DNA of 64,000 nucleotides from Antedon mediterranea (lineage: Eukaryota; Animalia; Echinodermata), in assembly GCF_964355755.1 (NCBI RefSeq), contig NC_092677.1:4362101-4426100 (forward strand), given 5' to 3'. Made by a program: the position numbers and the translations under genes. Below, piece after piece: positions 63,367 to 64,000 of the stretch. The notes beneath the pieces are model-generated. The model had not been told where the DNA came from. It saw only the letters and a list, made by a program, of their open reading frames with translations, and ran no database searches. Each line of letters begins with the position of its first letter. Position 1 is the stretch's first letter.

Positions 63367-64000
63367 TATTAATATTTATTATCCTATAGTTAAGGTGTAA
63401 AAATCCTAGGAAAAAAAATACAAAGTTGTTATCAACATGATTTTAAGAAAGCAAAAATCGTGTATACTGCCTTTCGCCTAGGCTAGGCCCAAGCTAGGTG
63501 TTCTACCATCTATAGAAGTATACGCACCTAGGCCTTTGAGTTTGAAATATATTATTTGCAAAGTATAATTAATGTCTATCTACTAAAGATGAGTATTCTT
63601 TGTCTATACAATGTCTATCATTTGCATGTATTAATATGTACTCACAACTAAATAGGACAATCTATTTAACTTCATTCAGTGCAGTAACCATTGTAACTAT
63701 GCAAGTAGCCATCTTTGACATGTGCTCAAAAGTTTTAGATTATATGTTGATAGAGGGCGTAGTTCAGTCAAAATAATATAATTATGGCTTACCTGAGAGC
63801 TACTTCCGGCCATTTTTTGGCAAAATCTTTCATTATACAGAATAGAAACATACACTTTCTGAACAATTTGACACCAAAATGAAATTTCCACGGCAACGCA
63901 ATAATGAGATACGGTAATGTCAGGAAAAACAGGTCAAAGGTCAAATGTAATATTTCTGATCATTATTTGAAAAAAACCTTCATTATAACCAATAGAAATG

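Larger units (their letters stand above)
57830..64000 (-). mobile_element. Autonomous Academ (AcademX-type) DNA transposon; right end beyond the window
   Basis: Starts 5'-TAGTGG at the exact break in the host MITE. 58399-58558 is the reverse complement of 63840-64000, implying long TIRs of about 730 bp. Encodes an about 1500-aa protein with a transposase region, an XPG/FEN-like nuclease and a terminal Cys8 finger, the established AcademX architecture with TAG...CTA termini. Confidence 0.85.

Overview
AT-rich, intron-containing animal DNA, most likely a marine invertebrate (inference); nothing prokaryotic is seen. Most of the window is a head-to-tail + strand array of 18-exon DEG/ENaC-family ion channel genes. 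Each carries seven LDL-receptor class A (LDLa) modules, encoded on six symmetric phase-1 exons and inserted in the extracellular finger region. The order is C0 (3' remnant, pseudogene), A, B, C, A', B', which is a higher-order duplication with a period of about 30.4-30.8 kb. By manual splicing, A, B and A' are intact (about 825-831 aa). C has a 2-bp frameshift in a skippable exon, B' has lost exon 16, and C0 is broken three ways. Mobile DNA includes a non-autonomous CACTA/EnSpm-type element (339-6147) holding a nested 5'-truncated L1/Tx1 LINE with a 14-bp TSD, and an apparently intact AcademX transposon (57830 to beyond the window end, about 1515-aa two-exon transposase). Several MITE, SINE and HINE-like insertions are also present. 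Comparing paralogs reveals recurrent TA->TAGGCCTA micro-insertions, a 31-bp P-like element with a 7-bp TSD, a conserved GC-AG intron, a chimeric origin for gene B and signs of gene conversion. All alignments and coordinates were done by eye; no database searches were run.
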